A DNA stretch of 64,000 nucleotides from a virus (lineage: Duplodnaviria; Caudoviricetes): positions 96,001-160,000 of the IMG/VR virus record IMGVR_UViG_3300029288_000065. One strand, given 5' to 3'. Below the pieces are notes generated by a model. The model made no database searches. It was not told the origin of the DNA and worked only from the letters and a program-made list of their open reading frames with translations. Shown here piece after piece: positions 20,861-28,973 of this stretch. Each line of letters begins with the position of its first letter. Position 1 is the stretch's first letter. A program made the position numbers and the translations under genes.

Positions 20861-21077
20861 TTTTCTTACCGGTCAATTTTGTGTAAATCTTCCTAGCAAT
20901 CATATCAACGTCGGCGCTTCCTTCTTCAAATGTAGGTTCTCCTTTCTTACGACTCCAATGCGGAGTTTGTTGTACGCCACCCAGGATATCGAAGGCTTCA
21001 TCTAGCATCCGATGTAATTTGTAACATTCGGCTGCTGAACGTTCACCATTCCCCAGGAAGATCTGTTCTGGTTTCAT
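20781..21077 (-). CDS. hypothetical protein
   Basis: 98-aa ORF. Confidence 0.45.
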   Translation of the reverse strand: MKPEQIFLGNGERSAAECYKLHRMLDEAFDILGGVQQTPHWSRKKGEPTFEEGSADVDMIARKIYTKLTGKKINCRQTSPLKTAKYTHRPEKPKAATS

Positions 21078-21110
21078 AATCGCTGATATCAGTAGCTTGC
21101 ATGCTTAAAA

Positions 21111-22559
21111 TTATTGGGCGTGGAAAAATCTAATAAACGAACTGTCTATAGTAACTGCAACTCCATGATTTACTGCCCAGAAAGATCCAAACACACCATT
21201 GCATTTGGTCATTGTGAAACCAAAATCCGTTGACCTGTAAAGGTCGTTATTGTAATCTGGTTGAATGTATAGATTTTTACCATCAATTAAAGAATAAGAA
21301 CTTGGAATACTACCCATTTGAGATAGCTTATCAGTAGTCTGCAAATAAAAGACATTTGGATAAAGCCCAGGTGTGAGGTAAGTCTTTATCAATGACATTG
21401 TACTATCAATGCCCAATACCCAGAAAAAACCATCAACAATATTAAGAATTTCAGTCCAAGTGCGTCCAAAATCAAGCGATTGATAAACTTTCTTCCCATC
21501 TGAGGCAAAAGTAAGCAAAGTTGCACCTTGATAAACAACATAATCCCTGGTAAATGCCAAAGAACTTGTCTTCCTCCAAGTTAAGCCAGTATCTTCAGAA
21601 AGCCATACACCGAAATCATTAAAATAAAGGAATTCATTTGGTCGGTACGGTGTCCAAGCGAAACCTGGTGCTCCTTGCCACCACGGTGTTAAACCACTTA
21701 CAACTGCAGTCCAATCAATACCATTTTCAGTTCGATAAATTTTCTCACCGCCAATTAACCCAACACCATCCTGGTTTACAATTGCTCCTTTTGGATACCC
21801 ATCAAATGCAGGTACAATATTATTCCATGTAATACCATTATCATATGATTTATAGACATTTCCAATGGTGGTGTCAAGCATTAGGAAATAACCACCGAAA
21901 TCAACGATATTATATATTGAAACAGTTGGATCAGTAAACACCTCAGTCCAATTCACTCCATCAACTGATCTATAAATTGTCGAACTTATTAAGTTGTAGT
22001 CGACATCCCATAAAATATAAATGCAAAAGTATATGCCACCAACATATTTTACACTAACATCTGGGTTGTCACCTGTAGTATATGGTATATTTAATACTAA
22101 TTCCCAATTCCTACCAACACCATTATCAATTACAACAACACCATCATTTATTTGACTAATCACATCAGTTATAACTTCATTAGTATCAGATTGCTCTGTC
22201 ACATCGGCCAATGCGTTATTTGGCACATAATTATTTGATTCACCTCTATTTCTTTCTATATCAAATATATCAGAGGTTCCATCATTATAAGCAACAGTAC
22301 CATAGAGATGGATTGTGGCATCCAATATACTTTTCCCTGTGTTTATTGGAACGAAATTCCAGACTGCTGGCAGGAGGTGGTTCTGAAAGTCCACTATATC
22401 GGCAAAATTTGATCCAACTAGTTGTGAGAATACATCATCGGTTCCTGTTAGTTTTGCGGTTGTTTGGCTGTCGAAGGATACTTGGAAGGGTTCAGAAGTA
22501 TTGTCTTGGTAAGCTACCATACCAGACAGGTTGAATGTAAAGGACGTTACTGTTTTCAT
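21111..22559 (-). CDS. BNR/Asp-box beta-propeller protein (putative tail/receptor-binding)
   Basis: repeated SxDxGxTW (SVDGVNW, SYDNGITW, SEDTGLTW, SLDFGRTW, STDFGFT); duplicated N-terminal G-x-VAY-x-D-x-TS unit. Confidence 0.75.
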   Translation of the reverse strand: MKTVTSFTFNLSGMVAYQDNTSEPFQVSFDSQTTAKLTGTDDVFSQLVGSNFADIVDFQNHLLPAVWNFVPINTGKSILDATIHLYGTVAYNDGTSDIFDIERNRGESNNYVPNNALADVTEQSDTNEVITDVISQINDGVVVIDNGVGRNWELVLNIPYTTGDNPDVSVKYVGGIYFCIYILWDVDYNLISSTIYRSVDGVNWTEVFTDPTVSIYNIVDFGGYFLMLDTTIGNVYKSYDNGITWNNIVPAFDGYPKGAIVNQDGVGLIGGEKIYRTENGIDWTAVVSGLTPWWQGAPGFAWTPYRPNEFLYFNDFGVWLSEDTGLTWRKTSSLAFTRDYVVYQGATLLTFASDGKKVYQSLDFGRTWTEILNIVDGFFWVLGIDSTMSLIKTYLTPGLYPNVFYLQTTDKLSQMGSIPSSYSLIDGKNLYIQPDYNNDLYRSTDFGFTMTKCNGVFGSFWAVNHGVAVTIDSSFIRFFHAQ

Positions 22560-22591
22560 AATGTATTTTTGATATCCAGTATTTTACTGAC

Positions 22592-23023
22592 ATGGGTCGG
22601 ATTAAAGCTACGAATGTTTTGACCAATTTGACGAAACTGGTTCGTTCTCAGTTTATAAATGATCTTGGTATTGTTTTGCGGGTAAAGTCTCAGCAATATA
22701 CTCATGAGGAGGCTGATAGGCCTTTAATTTTGTATTCTATTTTGGAGAGTAAACCAAAGGAGGAAGTGCCTGAAATTAGGATTGAGAGGAGTCGTGGTTT
22801 TCGTGGGGCTGTTTGGGATTTGCCTGTTTTTAGTAGGGTTTTGTGTGTGTTATATGTGAGAATTTATACTAATAGAGTGAGTATTGGGATTTATAATGAT
22901 GAGTATTCAGTTCCTACGAGCGTTGAGGAGGATACGAGTCGAGTGGTTTGGGAGTTTGCTGATCCGAGTTTTCCGGAGGCATTGACTGTTTGGGTAAAGG
23001 AGAAACTTGATGAGCGGCACTGA
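22592..23023 (+). CDS. small protein, (F/W)x(L/I/M)A(D/N)P family
   Basis: C-terminal WEFADPSF. Confidence 0.6.
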   Translation: MGRIKATNVLTNLTKLVRSQFINDLGIVLRVKSQQYTHEEADRPLILYSILESKPKEEVPEIRIERSRGFRGAVWDLPVFSRVLCVLYVRIYTNRVSIGIYNDEYSVPTSVEEDTSRVVWEFADPSFPEALTVWVKEKLDERH

Positions 23024-23228
23024 GTATGTTATCTATGTTAGGGTTGATTTGGGTTTGAACTATAAGGATACGAAGGAGGCTGTTGGGAATATTTTGGCTA
23101 GTGGGTCTTTGAGTGTTGACAGGAATTTTATGAAGGAGAAGTTTCCGGATATGAAGAGTGGTACTATTCAGATTTTGGATGGGGAAGATTATCCAAAGAT
23201 ATCTGAGTTTGAGATGATTGATTTTTAG
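23010..23228 (+). CDS. hypothetical protein
   Basis: SD AAGGAG; 72 aa. Confidence 0.55.
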   Translation: MSGTEYVIYVRVDLGLNYKDTKEAVGNILASGSLSVDRNFMKEKFPDMKSGTIQILDGEDYPKISEFEMIDF

Positions 23229-23235
23229 ATTGTTT

Positions 23236-24021
23236 TTAGATAGTTTTTAGATAATTGCTGATTTTTTCTATTGCGTCTTCCATTCCTAGACAACAAGTGT
23301 ATGGGTTTCCGGCATGCCATCTATCGAATTTGTCTAGGTATTTTAGGAGGAACATTGGGATTCCTACACTATGGCAGAGGTGTGACATTCCGCTGCATAC
23401 ACCTACAAATAGGTCTGATTTGGCTGCTATTTCTATTTCTTCTTGGAGTGTTTTTCTTCCTCCTAATTTGACTAGTTTGAATTTTTTGAATATTAGTTGG
23501 AATCTTTGGATGTCCGTTGATTGTGGATTTTTTAGATTTCGTTCTGATCGTCCATCAAATTGATAACATATTTGGTGATAGGGTCCTGGTTGCCATTTGG
23601 TTTTGGTTGGGCAATATGGTAAATTATGTCGTTCGCTTACTTTTATTATTCTTTTCCCAGGTATATCTTTATTTTTATTTATGAATATTATTTTCCCTGG
23701 TGAGTCTAGGACTTCATATATGGCTTTTGCTTTATTTCCCCATCTTGAATCGTCGTAATATTTTGGTTGTTTGTCTTGTTCGCTTAATCTTAGGACGTAG
23801 TTGATTGTTCTCCAGTGATTTCCGAGTCCTGGTCCGTTGATTCCTTGATATATTTCTATTCCTGGTGGTGGCATGAATGCTGTTATTGGTATTGGTAATT
23901 TTAGTTCTTGTTTTGATGCTGGACCAATGAATTTTGGTCGTAGTAGTTGTGGTATGAATGTTGTTTTTCGTTGTTCGTACTTGTTCACAAATATATTTAC
24001 GAGATGGGATGGAGAATTCAT
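23236..24021 (-). CDS. GT9-like glycosyltransferase
   Basis: GLGNHW, DLFVGVCSGMSHLCHSVGIP; true start uncertain. Confidence 0.6.
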   Translation of the reverse strand: MNSPSHLVNIFVNKYEQRKTTFIPQLLRPKFIGPASKQELKLPIPITAFMPPPGIEIYQGINGPGLGNHWRTINYVLRLSEQDKQPKYYDDSRWGNKAKAIYEVLDSPGKIIFINKNKDIPGKRIIKVSERHNLPYCPTKTKWQPGPYHQICYQFDGRSERNLKNPQSTDIQRFQLIFKKFKLVKLGGRKTLQEEIEIAAKSDLFVGVCSGMSHLCHSVGIPMFLLKYLDKFDRWHAGNPYTCCLGMEDAIEKISNYLKTI

Positions 24022-24760
24022 GATTGTTTTGATATTAACAGCCGCAGTAAATCCTTCAGTTGGGCGAAGGAGACTTACTGTTAGAGATCCTAATATTAGA
24101 ATGATGGAATATAGAGCATCTCTTTTTAGATGGATTACTGAGACTAAGGTTGATAAATTTATTATTGCTGATGCTTCAAATACTAGTATTATTAATAGTT
24201 ATTTTCATGAATTGGCTAAATTATATAATAAAATTTTACAGGAATTTATATTTGATTTTTCTGATGTTTCAAGGAGATTTGGGAAGGGTAGGTCAGAGGC
24301 GATGTTAACTGATTCGATTATTCCTAATTTATCAAATGGTGATGTTATTTATAAGATTACTGGTAGATTATTTCTTAAAAATTTTAATATACTTATTACA
24401 GATAAATTAGAATCTATTATAGGTTCTGATTTTGATAATAGAAGAACCAAAAGAACTGATACCAGATTTTGGAAGACTACTAAACAATATTATATGGAAA
24501 ATTTAATTAAATTAACTAATAGAATTGATGAGAATAAAGGATGGTGTATTGAAGATGTTTATCAGAAAATTGGTGGGTTTGTTCAACAACCAGTTTTTAT
24601 TGGGAGATCTGGTGCAAGTGGCGATATGTATTCGGGGATGTTGAATATTGATTTGCCGCCTTTGCCAGAGAAGCAGCCAATCAAAAAATCACCTCTATTT
24701 AATTTTAGGGTTGCTTCGAAGCATAATTTGCGGAGTTTTAAGAATTATATTACACATTGA
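24020..24760 (+). CDS. GT-A-like protein (paralog of 32802..33593)
   Basis: LTAAVNP, GKGRSE, YKITGRLFLKNF, DTRFW. Confidence 0.6.
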   Translation: MIVLILTAAVNPSVGRRRLTVRDPNIRMMEYRASLFRWITETKVDKFIIADASNTSIINSYFHELAKLYNKILQEFIFDFSDVSRRFGKGRSEAMLTDSIIPNLSNGDVIYKITGRLFLKNFNILITDKLESIIGSDFDNRRTKRTDTRFWKTTKQYYMENLIKLTNRIDENKGWCIEDVYQKIGGFVQQPVFIGRSGASGDMYSGMLNIDLPPLPEKQPIKKSPLFNFRVASKHNLRSFKNYITH

Positions 24761-24804
24761 CGCGAAAGAACGGTTTGATATTATTTTGGTGAAAGGGGAA
24801 CACA

Positions 24805-25356
24805 ATGAAATTTCTAGCGATTTTTCTGGTTCTTGGTTCAGTTTTTTCTGAGGAAATTCAGCCGAAGACTGTTGGTGAGGCAGAGATGGCCTATAATAGG
24901 GAGTATAATACTGCTAAGGAGCAGTTTGATGCCAGAGTGAAGGTTGCACAAGATAAATTGGTTTTGTTTTTGAAAGATGAGATGAAGAGGTTGACCGTAA
25001 AAGGTGATTTGGATGGTGCTGTAGCGATTCGTGGGAAAATTAAAACTTTCGAAGAACCTGAAAAGCAAGTTGAAAAACCAATTTCTGAACCAATAGATAG
25101 AAGTAGTTGGTTAGTTGGTAAGAAGATTCTCTTTAGACATAAAACAGATATTGTCTTTACATTTAATAATAATAATTTATTTTTAAGAGATAAAGCTGGA
25201 AATCCGTTAGATAAATCAGGAAAATATTTCTTTGATGGGAAAATTTTAGTTATTACTCCTCTATCCAATTCCATTATAAATTTAAATTATGATGCTAAGG
25301 CTAATACATTTAAGACTGCTGATGGTTTTGTGGCATCTTTTATTCAACCAAAATAA
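24805..25356 (+). CDS. secreted protein with signal peptide
   Basis: MKFLAIFLVLGSVFS signal; helical TVKGDLDGAVAIR segment. Confidence 0.65.
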   Translation: MKFLAIFLVLGSVFSEEIQPKTVGEAEMAYNREYNTAKEQFDARVKVAQDKLVLFLKDEMKRLTVKGDLDGAVAIRGKIKTFEEPEKQVEKPISEPIDRSSWLVGKKILFRHKTDIVFTFNNNNLFLRDKAGNPLDKSGKYFFDGKILVITPLSNSIINLNYDAKANTFKTADGFVASFIQPK

Positions 25357-25389
25357 TTATTAAGATATCTATCTTTGATACTACCAAAC

Positions 25390-25663
25390 ATGATATACTC
25401 ATACATCTGTGACCCAAAAACGACCCCGAAAAACTCCTCAAAGAATTCAAGAATACCACAACTCAGAACTATTCCACCTACCAAACCTAGCAAAATTCCT
25501 TTGCTGGAAAGAAACCAAAGAAACATGGTACCTCCAACTTCGTCACTACCTGGACTTCGCATCAGAACTCATAGACGTCTGGGAACTCCTAAAACTAATA
25601 GAAGTCTTTGAACGCTCAAAAGAAAAAGAAGGATGGATACTGTTTAGGATAAAACGACTATGA
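25390..25663 (+). pseudogene. frameshifted paralog of 25660..26040 and 37004..37378
   Basis: two -1 shifts reconstruct MIYSYICDPKNDPEKLLKEF-x-EYHN...ELIDVWELLKLIE. Confidence 0.5.
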
Positions 25664-26040
25664 ACATAGACCTAAACAACCCAAACTGTGACATAGAAAA
25701 ACTCCTAACAGACTTCACAGCCTACATCATCATAAACTTCCAGTATAAAGACCCATCCACAGGAGGAGCACAATTCAGCGCAAGAATGGTCGGATCATGG
25801 ATAAGAACCAGAACAGATGGACACTTCCATTTCTCCGACATGGGACTATACGGAGACATAGACCCAAGATTTAAAGAAGATGCCATGCGCTTAATAAAAG
25901 CCTGGGAAGCAGTAAACCTTGTAGATGACACAGGAGAAATGACAAATGGATACCGCGTATTCTGTATACCATATAGTTTAGTAATAAAAACAAAATTAGC
26001 AATGGAAAAAGCAATCAAAGAACAGATAAAGCCTGACTAA
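25660..26040 (+). CDS. hypothetical protein, DP-x-x-D-x-EKL family
   Basis: MNIDLNNPNCDIEKLL...LIKAWEAVNLV. Confidence 0.65.
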   Translation: MNIDLNNPNCDIEKLLTDFTAYIIINFQYKDPSTGGAQFSARMVGSWIRTRTDGHFHFSDMGLYGDIDPRFKEDAMRLIKAWEAVNLVDDTGEMTNGYRVFCIPYSLVIKTKLAMEKAIKEQIKPD

Positions 26041-26626
26041 TCTCCTCATCAGTAAAAATCTTCTTCTTAGACCAACCATGCAAAAACTTAGACGAAGGAT
26101 TCAAAGAATTCCAATTATAAGCCTTATTATCAACCTCCAACCTCCCACCACCCCACTGAGCAAGAGACCTAGTCAAAGCCGGCTGATCACGCCCACCAAC
26201 AACCAACCACTCACTATGCCAAAGTCCAAATAAATCCCTAACTTTATCTGTAGAAAAAAGTAAAAAACCACTATTATATTGAGGTTTCCCACCAGAAGTT
26301 GGATGCACATCCCTCGTTAAAACCAAATCACCAGAAAAATCCCAAACCTCATCAAAGAGACCAACACACTTAACATCAGAATCCAAAAATAAAGTTCTCT
26401 CATATGGAGTATAATCACACAATTGAGTCTTTAACCACCTTGAAGGATTCTTATCCGTTACTTTTACCTGTTGTATTGTTGCTAGGGTATTCAAATACCC
26501 AGTATCACTCAAATCAGTTAGAACAGTAATTGGTTTGTTGGTAAATTCCCGCAATGAAAGTATACTACATGTACAGTTTATTAAGGCCTCTTCTCCGATT
26601 GCAATTTCAACTATTCCTTGTGTCAT
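26015..26626 (-). CDS. GT8/nucleotide-diphospho-sugar transferase-like
   Basis: TPYERTLFLDSD, YNSG, RDQPAL. Confidence 0.75.
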   Translation of the reverse strand: MTQGIVEIAIGEEALINCTCSILSLREFTNKPITVLTDLSDTGYLNTLATIQQVKVTDKNPSRWLKTQLCDYTPYERTLFLDSDVKCVGLFDEVWDFSGDLVLTRDVHPTSGGKPQYNSGFLLFSTDKVRDLFGLWHSEWLVVGGRDQPALTRSLAQWGGGRLEVDNKAYNWNSLNPSSKFLHGWSKKKIFTDEEISQALSVL

Positions 26627-26636
26627 ATTTTATTTT

Positions 26637-26808
26637 TGGTGCTCCTGGAAGGGTTCGAACCTCCAACCTTCCAATGGGATGAAACCCACCATCTAGTGCT
26701 ACGGATCAGACCCATCACACGAGTCGTCCCTTTAGATGACAGGTCATCACCCACTGGTGCTCCACCGACCCCACTACTGCGATAGTGGAGATTTTGAGCT
26801 ACAGGAGC
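26637..26808 (-). ncRNA. 172-nt tRNA-like RNA with D-loop hairpin insertion and extended anticodon arm
   Basis: acceptor GCTCCTG/CAGGAGC + A-CCA, TAGCTC/GAGC D stem, GGAGG-TTCGAAC-CCTTC T arm, long internal helices. Confidence 0.8.
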
Positions 26809-26816
26809 AACTCTTT

Positions 26817-27242
26817 TTACTCATCATCGTATACAAGTCTCGGAGGCTTATTCTCCTTGAAATAAGCCCTAACATGTTCCTTTACAACTTCATTAAAACC
26901 ATACTTATTCATAATCTCCTCCAAATTCTCAGACGGCTCATCGCCACCCAAATATGCCTTTTCACCAACACAAATCAAAATATTATCAGCAAACACCTTA
27001 TGATTCCCTCTCACCACGTATGGGGTGGCGTAGAGAGGAGAATCATTACAACACCCACAAGAATGCCTCATTGAGACACCCTCAGCAATCGCGTAAACCT
27101 TCTTACTGGTGAAGTATTGCTTTCTCCACCTGTCAGTTTTTACCTCCATATCTGGAAATTCAATCATCAAGTTCTCGATCTCTGCTACTTCAAGTGCCTT
27201 GCTCTTCAGTTCTGCAAGGTGTTTGTCGATGGACTCTGACAT
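26817..27242 (-). CDS. hypothetical protein (HSCGCC motif)
   Basis: SD AAGGAG; 141 aa. Confidence 0.7.
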   Translation of the reverse strand: MSESIDKHLAELKSKALEVAEIENLMIEFPDMEVKTDRWRKQYFTSKKVYAIAEGVSMRHSCGCCNDSPLYATPYVVRGNHKVFADNILICVGEKAYLGGDEPSENLEEIMNKYGFNEVVKEHVRAYFKENKPPRLVYDDE

Positions 27243-27252
27243 GTGTCTCTCC

Positions 27253-27558
27253 TTAGAGAAGCTTTAGTTCTCGGAACCAACCACTATCAACTGACGGGGA
27301 AATTGCCAATGCTGTGTGTGCGTTAATGTCTGGTTCATGGAAAATTGCGTGCTTAATTTCCTTGAACTTTTTCTCCCACGAGAGTAAGTCTTCCTCATCC
27401 TTGACGCCCAGGAGGACCATCGTCTTGTGGTTATTGTTCCAATCCTGTACCTATGGATCAGTTAGGTACCTGGAGAGGAACTCCGCTACAGCATGGCAAG
27501 CCTGTACTGCACGCTGAGAGGGCGAAAGATCCTTACGCACTAGCACATACAACTTCAT
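27253..27558 (-). CDS. pth2: peptidyl-tRNA hydrolase 2-like protein with in-frame amber at codon 36
   Basis: MKLYVLVRKDLSPSQRAVQACHAVAEF..P*VQDW..KTMVLLGVKDEEDL..FHEPD..TALAISP..LKLL; SD AGGAG; absent from the ORF track. Confidence 0.85.
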
Positions 27559-27919
27559 CTCGGAGTCTCCTTTCTTCCTGTATTTCCTTGCCCAGTTCCA
27601 ACCACTTTCTCTCGTATTTCTCGTCTCTGAGTTTCTCCATCAGACCAAATAAACTTCTGTTTGCGTAGGCTATGAGGTATGGGTATTTGTCTGAAATGTG
27701 ACAGGCTCGTTTGTCGTTCTCATTGCGATGGATGTGTAGTGCAATTAACCATTTGGAAGCTTCACGTTTATATCCTACGTAGGTTTTCCAGTTTTTTGAT
27801 TTTGGGTTGATGTGTTCGCCGATTTTGGTTCTAGAGTCTTGTTTTAAATCGGTGATTGCTTTGGCGTTTTTCCGGATGTAGTGCTTAATTACTTCTTCGA
27901 CCGTCAAATTCGTCGTCAT
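27533..27919 (-). CDS. basic hypothetical protein, first gene after the leader hairpin
   Basis: SD AAGGAG 7 nt before ATG 27919. Confidence 0.7.
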   Translation of the reverse strand: MTTNLTVEEVIKHYIRKNAKAITDLKQDSRTKIGEHINPKSKNWKTYVGYKREASKWLIALHIHRNENDKRACHISDKYPYLIAYANRSLFGLMEKLRDEKYERKWLELGKEIQEERRLRDEVVCASA

Positions 27920-27926
27920 CTTAAGT

Positions 27927-27975
27927 CTCCTTAACGGGTTTTGACCGAGGGGGTTGGCCATTACCCGTTAAGGAG
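27927..27975 (-). promoter_or_regulatory. SD-sequestering hairpin (13-bp perfect stem)
   Basis: CTCCTTAACGGGT ... ACCCGTTAAGGAG; the 3' arm contains the AAGGAG SD of ATG 27919. Confidence 0.85.
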
Positions 27976-28006
27976 GGTGAAGATCGATGTTTGGTACCTA
28001 ACGCAT
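27968..28006 (-). promoter_or_regulatory. leader uORF M-R-(TAG)-V-P-N-I-D-L-H-P-P-TAA
   Basis: own SD AGGAG; amber at codon 3; last codons overlap the 5' arm of the hairpin. Confidence 0.75.
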
Positions 28007-28047
28007 AACTGTCTCCTAATCTATTTTTATCTACGATTGTCAGTTTG

Positions 28048-28443
28048 TCAATAATCAACGCCTCTCATTTTCAATGTACCAAAATATTTCTCCATCCTCA
28101 AAAATTTCTTCTTTCTATCACTACAAAGGAAGATTAGGCAATCTACAAAGTGTTTCCAGAACGTGTCAGGGTCGAAATTCGGGTCTGCTAGTTCTATTTC
28201 ATAGAACACATAGCTTGGGTAATTTACATTATATTCTTTACTATAAAATATTTTTATGTCGGTATCTGAGATTTCTATAGAAGTTGCTCCGAGGATTCCA
28301 GTATCATAGTCCAGGCAACGTGGTGATTCACTTTTTATTGCAACCCGTCTAAGATCTTGCCCTAAGATTGAATATATTTCTTTCCCTAAGCGCTGGATTG
28401 ATTTTTCTATGGTATGCATGATTTCCAAATGATCTTCGTTCAT
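28048..28443 (-). CDS. small protein, ELADP family
   Basis: IELADPNFDPD. Confidence 0.65.
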   Translation of the reverse strand: MNEDHLEIMHTIEKSIQRLGKEIYSILGQDLRRVAIKSESPRCLDYDTGILGATSIEISDTDIKIFYSKEYNVNYPSYVFYEIELADPNFDPDTFWKHFVDCLIFLCSDRKKKFLRMEKYFGTLKMRGVDY

Positions 28444-28859
28444 TTTCGTTCCCCGAAATCTTTAAAATTATCCAGTACGTTACAGGCTTTGCTTCTTAAT
28501 TTTTTATGGTGTTCGATGCATTTTAGTGACGCATTTGTTATTCGTTCGCACTCGCTCGTGACATATTGTTTTATACTTTCAGCTGCTTCGTGAAAACAAT
28601 TGGGGTTTGCCATTTCGAATGTTAAATATTGTGTTTCACCATCAGAGCTGGTATTCAGATTGAAAACTAATAATAAATCACCTTCCACACTAATGGTTAT
28701 TTTTATAATAATTTTTGCAATATCATAATAATTATCCTTTAAACAGATTATTATTTCTTCGTAGGAATAATTTTTCTTGATTTCGAAAATGTCTGGGAGT
28801 CGTTTTTGTATTTCTGCCCAGATTTCGTTTATTATGGGGATTAGGGGGGTGTTATGCAT
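28440..28859 (-). CDS. small protein, EMANP family
   Basis: FEMANPNCF; ATG directly after the tRNA CCA. Confidence 0.6.
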   Translation of the reverse strand: MHNTPLIPIINEIWAEIQKRLPDIFEIKKNYSYEEIIICLKDNYYDIAKIIIKITISVEGDLLLVFNLNTSSDGETQYLTFEMANPNCFHEAAESIKQYVTSECERITNASLKCIEHHKKLRSKACNVLDNFKDFGERK

Positions 28860-28862
28860 ATT

Positions 28863-28938
28863 TGGCGCTTCCGGAGGGAATCGAACCCCCAACACACTGA
28901 TTTAGATTCAGCTGCTCTACCAATTGAGCTACGGAAGC
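28863..28938 (-). tRNA. amber suppressor tRNA (anticodon CUA)
   Basis: 76-nt cloverleaf GCTTCCG..TAGCTCAATTGGTAGAGC..GCTGA-ATCTAAA-TCAGT..GGGGGTTCGATTCCCTC..CGGAAGC-G-CCA. Confidence 0.92.
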
Positions 28939-28973
28939 GTCGTTCATAAGTATATATTATCGAGGAGACCAAA

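Noticed and set aside
26637-26808. tmRNA or group I intron-containing tRNA
   Set aside because: No G3-U70 pair, a D stem is present, and the insert is far too short for either.
26736-27668. Plus-strand ORFs 26736..27074, 27314..27517 and 27453..27668
   Set aside because: Antisense shadows of the minus-strand operon and RNA gene; no SD or motifs.
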